A stretch of 9,981 nucleotides of DNA from Octopus sinensis (lineage: Eukaryota): assembly GCF_006345805.1 (NCBI RefSeq), contig NW_021827737.1:1-9981 (forward strand), given 5' to 3'. The notes beneath the pieces were generated by a model that was given only the letters and a program-made list of their open reading frames with translations, made no database searches and had not been told where the DNA came from. Shown in pieces: positions 8,931 through 9,981 of this stretch (its first letter is position 1; each line of letters opens with the position of its first letter). Made by a program: the position numbers and the translations under genes.

Positions 8931-8984
8931 TGTACGCATGTGAGTCAGCTAGTGTGTTTGTGTTTGTTTGCGTGTGCATGTTTA

Positions 8985-9031
<47 letters not shown>
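8778..9031. repeat. ~85-bp tandem repeat (about 2.5 copies) built on (TG)n
   Basis: gtgtttgtttgcgtgtgcatgtttatg starts at ~8789, 8876 and 8960. taagtgtacgcatgtgagtcagctagtgtgttt occurs twice. Confidence 0.9.
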
Positions 9032-9035
<4 letters not shown>

Positions 9036-9421
9036 GTATATATATGTGTATAAATATTTGCGTTCCTATGTATGGATGTATATTTCTGTATGCATGTGTC
9101 CTTATCTCAGAAACCGTGTAATGTTAATTTTCGTTTACCTGGTTTGTTACTTTTAGATTATTCTAGATGAGTTGGGAAACCGGTTGTTGTGCCTTTCATG
9201 CATTTCCAAACAAGCTTAACCATTGAAGGAAAATTAATTAGATTCTACCATAAAAGAAAATTTCAAACTCACAAACACATTTCTTGCACTACGAGATACA
9301 CGAATATAACAAGAAATAATAACTTTTTTTTTGTTTTTGAAATGATGGATCTGGAAGTAAATAAAGCTCTAAATAACCGGGTGAAAATATTATGTTGAAC
9401 ACAGTTTTTATGGAAAAAGTA

Positions 9422-9493
9422 GGATACTCGTAGGATTCGAACCTACATTTTCTATAAACATGACAAGATTTCTACCATTGGTCTAAAACAATC
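9422..9493 (-). pseudogene. Decayed tRNA-like sequence (tRNA pseudogene or orphan SINE head); anticodon not assignable
   Basis: Minus strand has a perfect T-arm GTAGG-TTCGAAT-CCTAC (9446-9430), an A-box-like TAGACCAATGG (9485-9475) and a partial acceptor stem. It spans 72 nt, but the anticodon arm does not fold. Confidence 0.5.
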
Positions 9494-9632
9494 TGAATTT
9501 CTTTTTACATTTTTAGAAATTTTATTCTTACCAGCTTTATTTGCTTCAAGATTCACCATTCCGAAAACAAAAAAAAATATTTCATGTTCTCCTCGAAGTT
9601 TAAACTTTTACCGTTATTATTTAATATGTGCT

Positions 9633-9634
<2 letters not shown>

Positions 9635-9681
<47 letters not shown>
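9635..9681. repeat. (GT)n microsatellite
   Basis: Direct read. Confidence 0.95.
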
Positions 9682-9683
<2 letters not shown>

Positions 9684-9848
9684 AATATATGGGATGTGTC
9701 AAAACGATCGTTGTGAGCAATAATTTACTCGTGTATTTCATTTCCATGTCTAACATTTGTTTATATATATATATGAAAGGGGTTTGTATGATCGTGAATA
9801 GAGGGATATATATTATTCAAAGACAGTTGAAACACTCTGTCACAACCT

Positions 9849-9892
9849 GGGACCTTGAAGATTGCTATAATGCAAGAAAGTATACTAGTCCC
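9849..9892 (+). ncRNA. Minimal type I hammerhead ribozyme with one extra U in the core
   Basis: GGGAC/GUCCC (stem I), CUUGAAGA, UUGC/uauaau/GCAA (stem II), GAAA, stem III AG-UAUA-CU (palindrome AGTATACT), CUA cleavage site after 9887. Confidence 0.68.
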
Positions 9893-9981
9893 TTAATATT
9901 TAATATTTTATATTCAATATTTCATCTATTCAATAAGACAATCAGTACTTCATTTCATTTACTATATATATATTATTTATA

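Noticed and set aside
9163-9185. CTAGATGAG-TTGG-GAAA-CCGG-TT, hammerhead-like with ACCGGT palindrome
   Set aside because: The core is interrupted, stem II cannot close and there is no stem I complementarity. At most an unrecognisable relic.
1-9981. CRISPR array, rRNA, intact tRNA or host exon
   Set aside because: No repeat-spacer periodicity, rRNA signature or supportable spliced coding sequence was seen. The window could still lie within a large intron.

Overview
Eukaryotic, AT-rich, microsatellite-dense repeat DNA with no host protein-coding gene that I can support. It is probably octopus/cephalopod, inferred from my recollection of an abundant Octopus SINE and not verified by a search. 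It contains: (i) a 5'-truncated, frameshifted Penelope-like element (PLE) with RT, a Cys-rich linker and a GIY-YIG endonuclease (2559-4162, minus); (ii) a second, more decayed PLE relic missed by the ORF track (~5005-5501, minus); (iii) the head (4458-4616) and probable tail (1304-1500) of a tRNA-derived SINE, ~2.9 kb apart; (iv) a ~1.75-kb inverted duplication (6395-8133) with a nested ~140-nt hairpin in each arm; (v) a decayed tRNA-like sequence (9422-9493, minus). The main result is four type I hammerhead ribozyme folds with short, palindromic stem III: 4374-4423 minus, 6159-6272 plus, 8083-8127 minus and 9849-9892 plus. There is also a damaged mirror copy at 6400-6444. Together they use three different 3-8 tertiary pairs (C-G, G-C, A-U), and each lies in a short module bounded by microsatellites. 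All folds and translations were done by eye.
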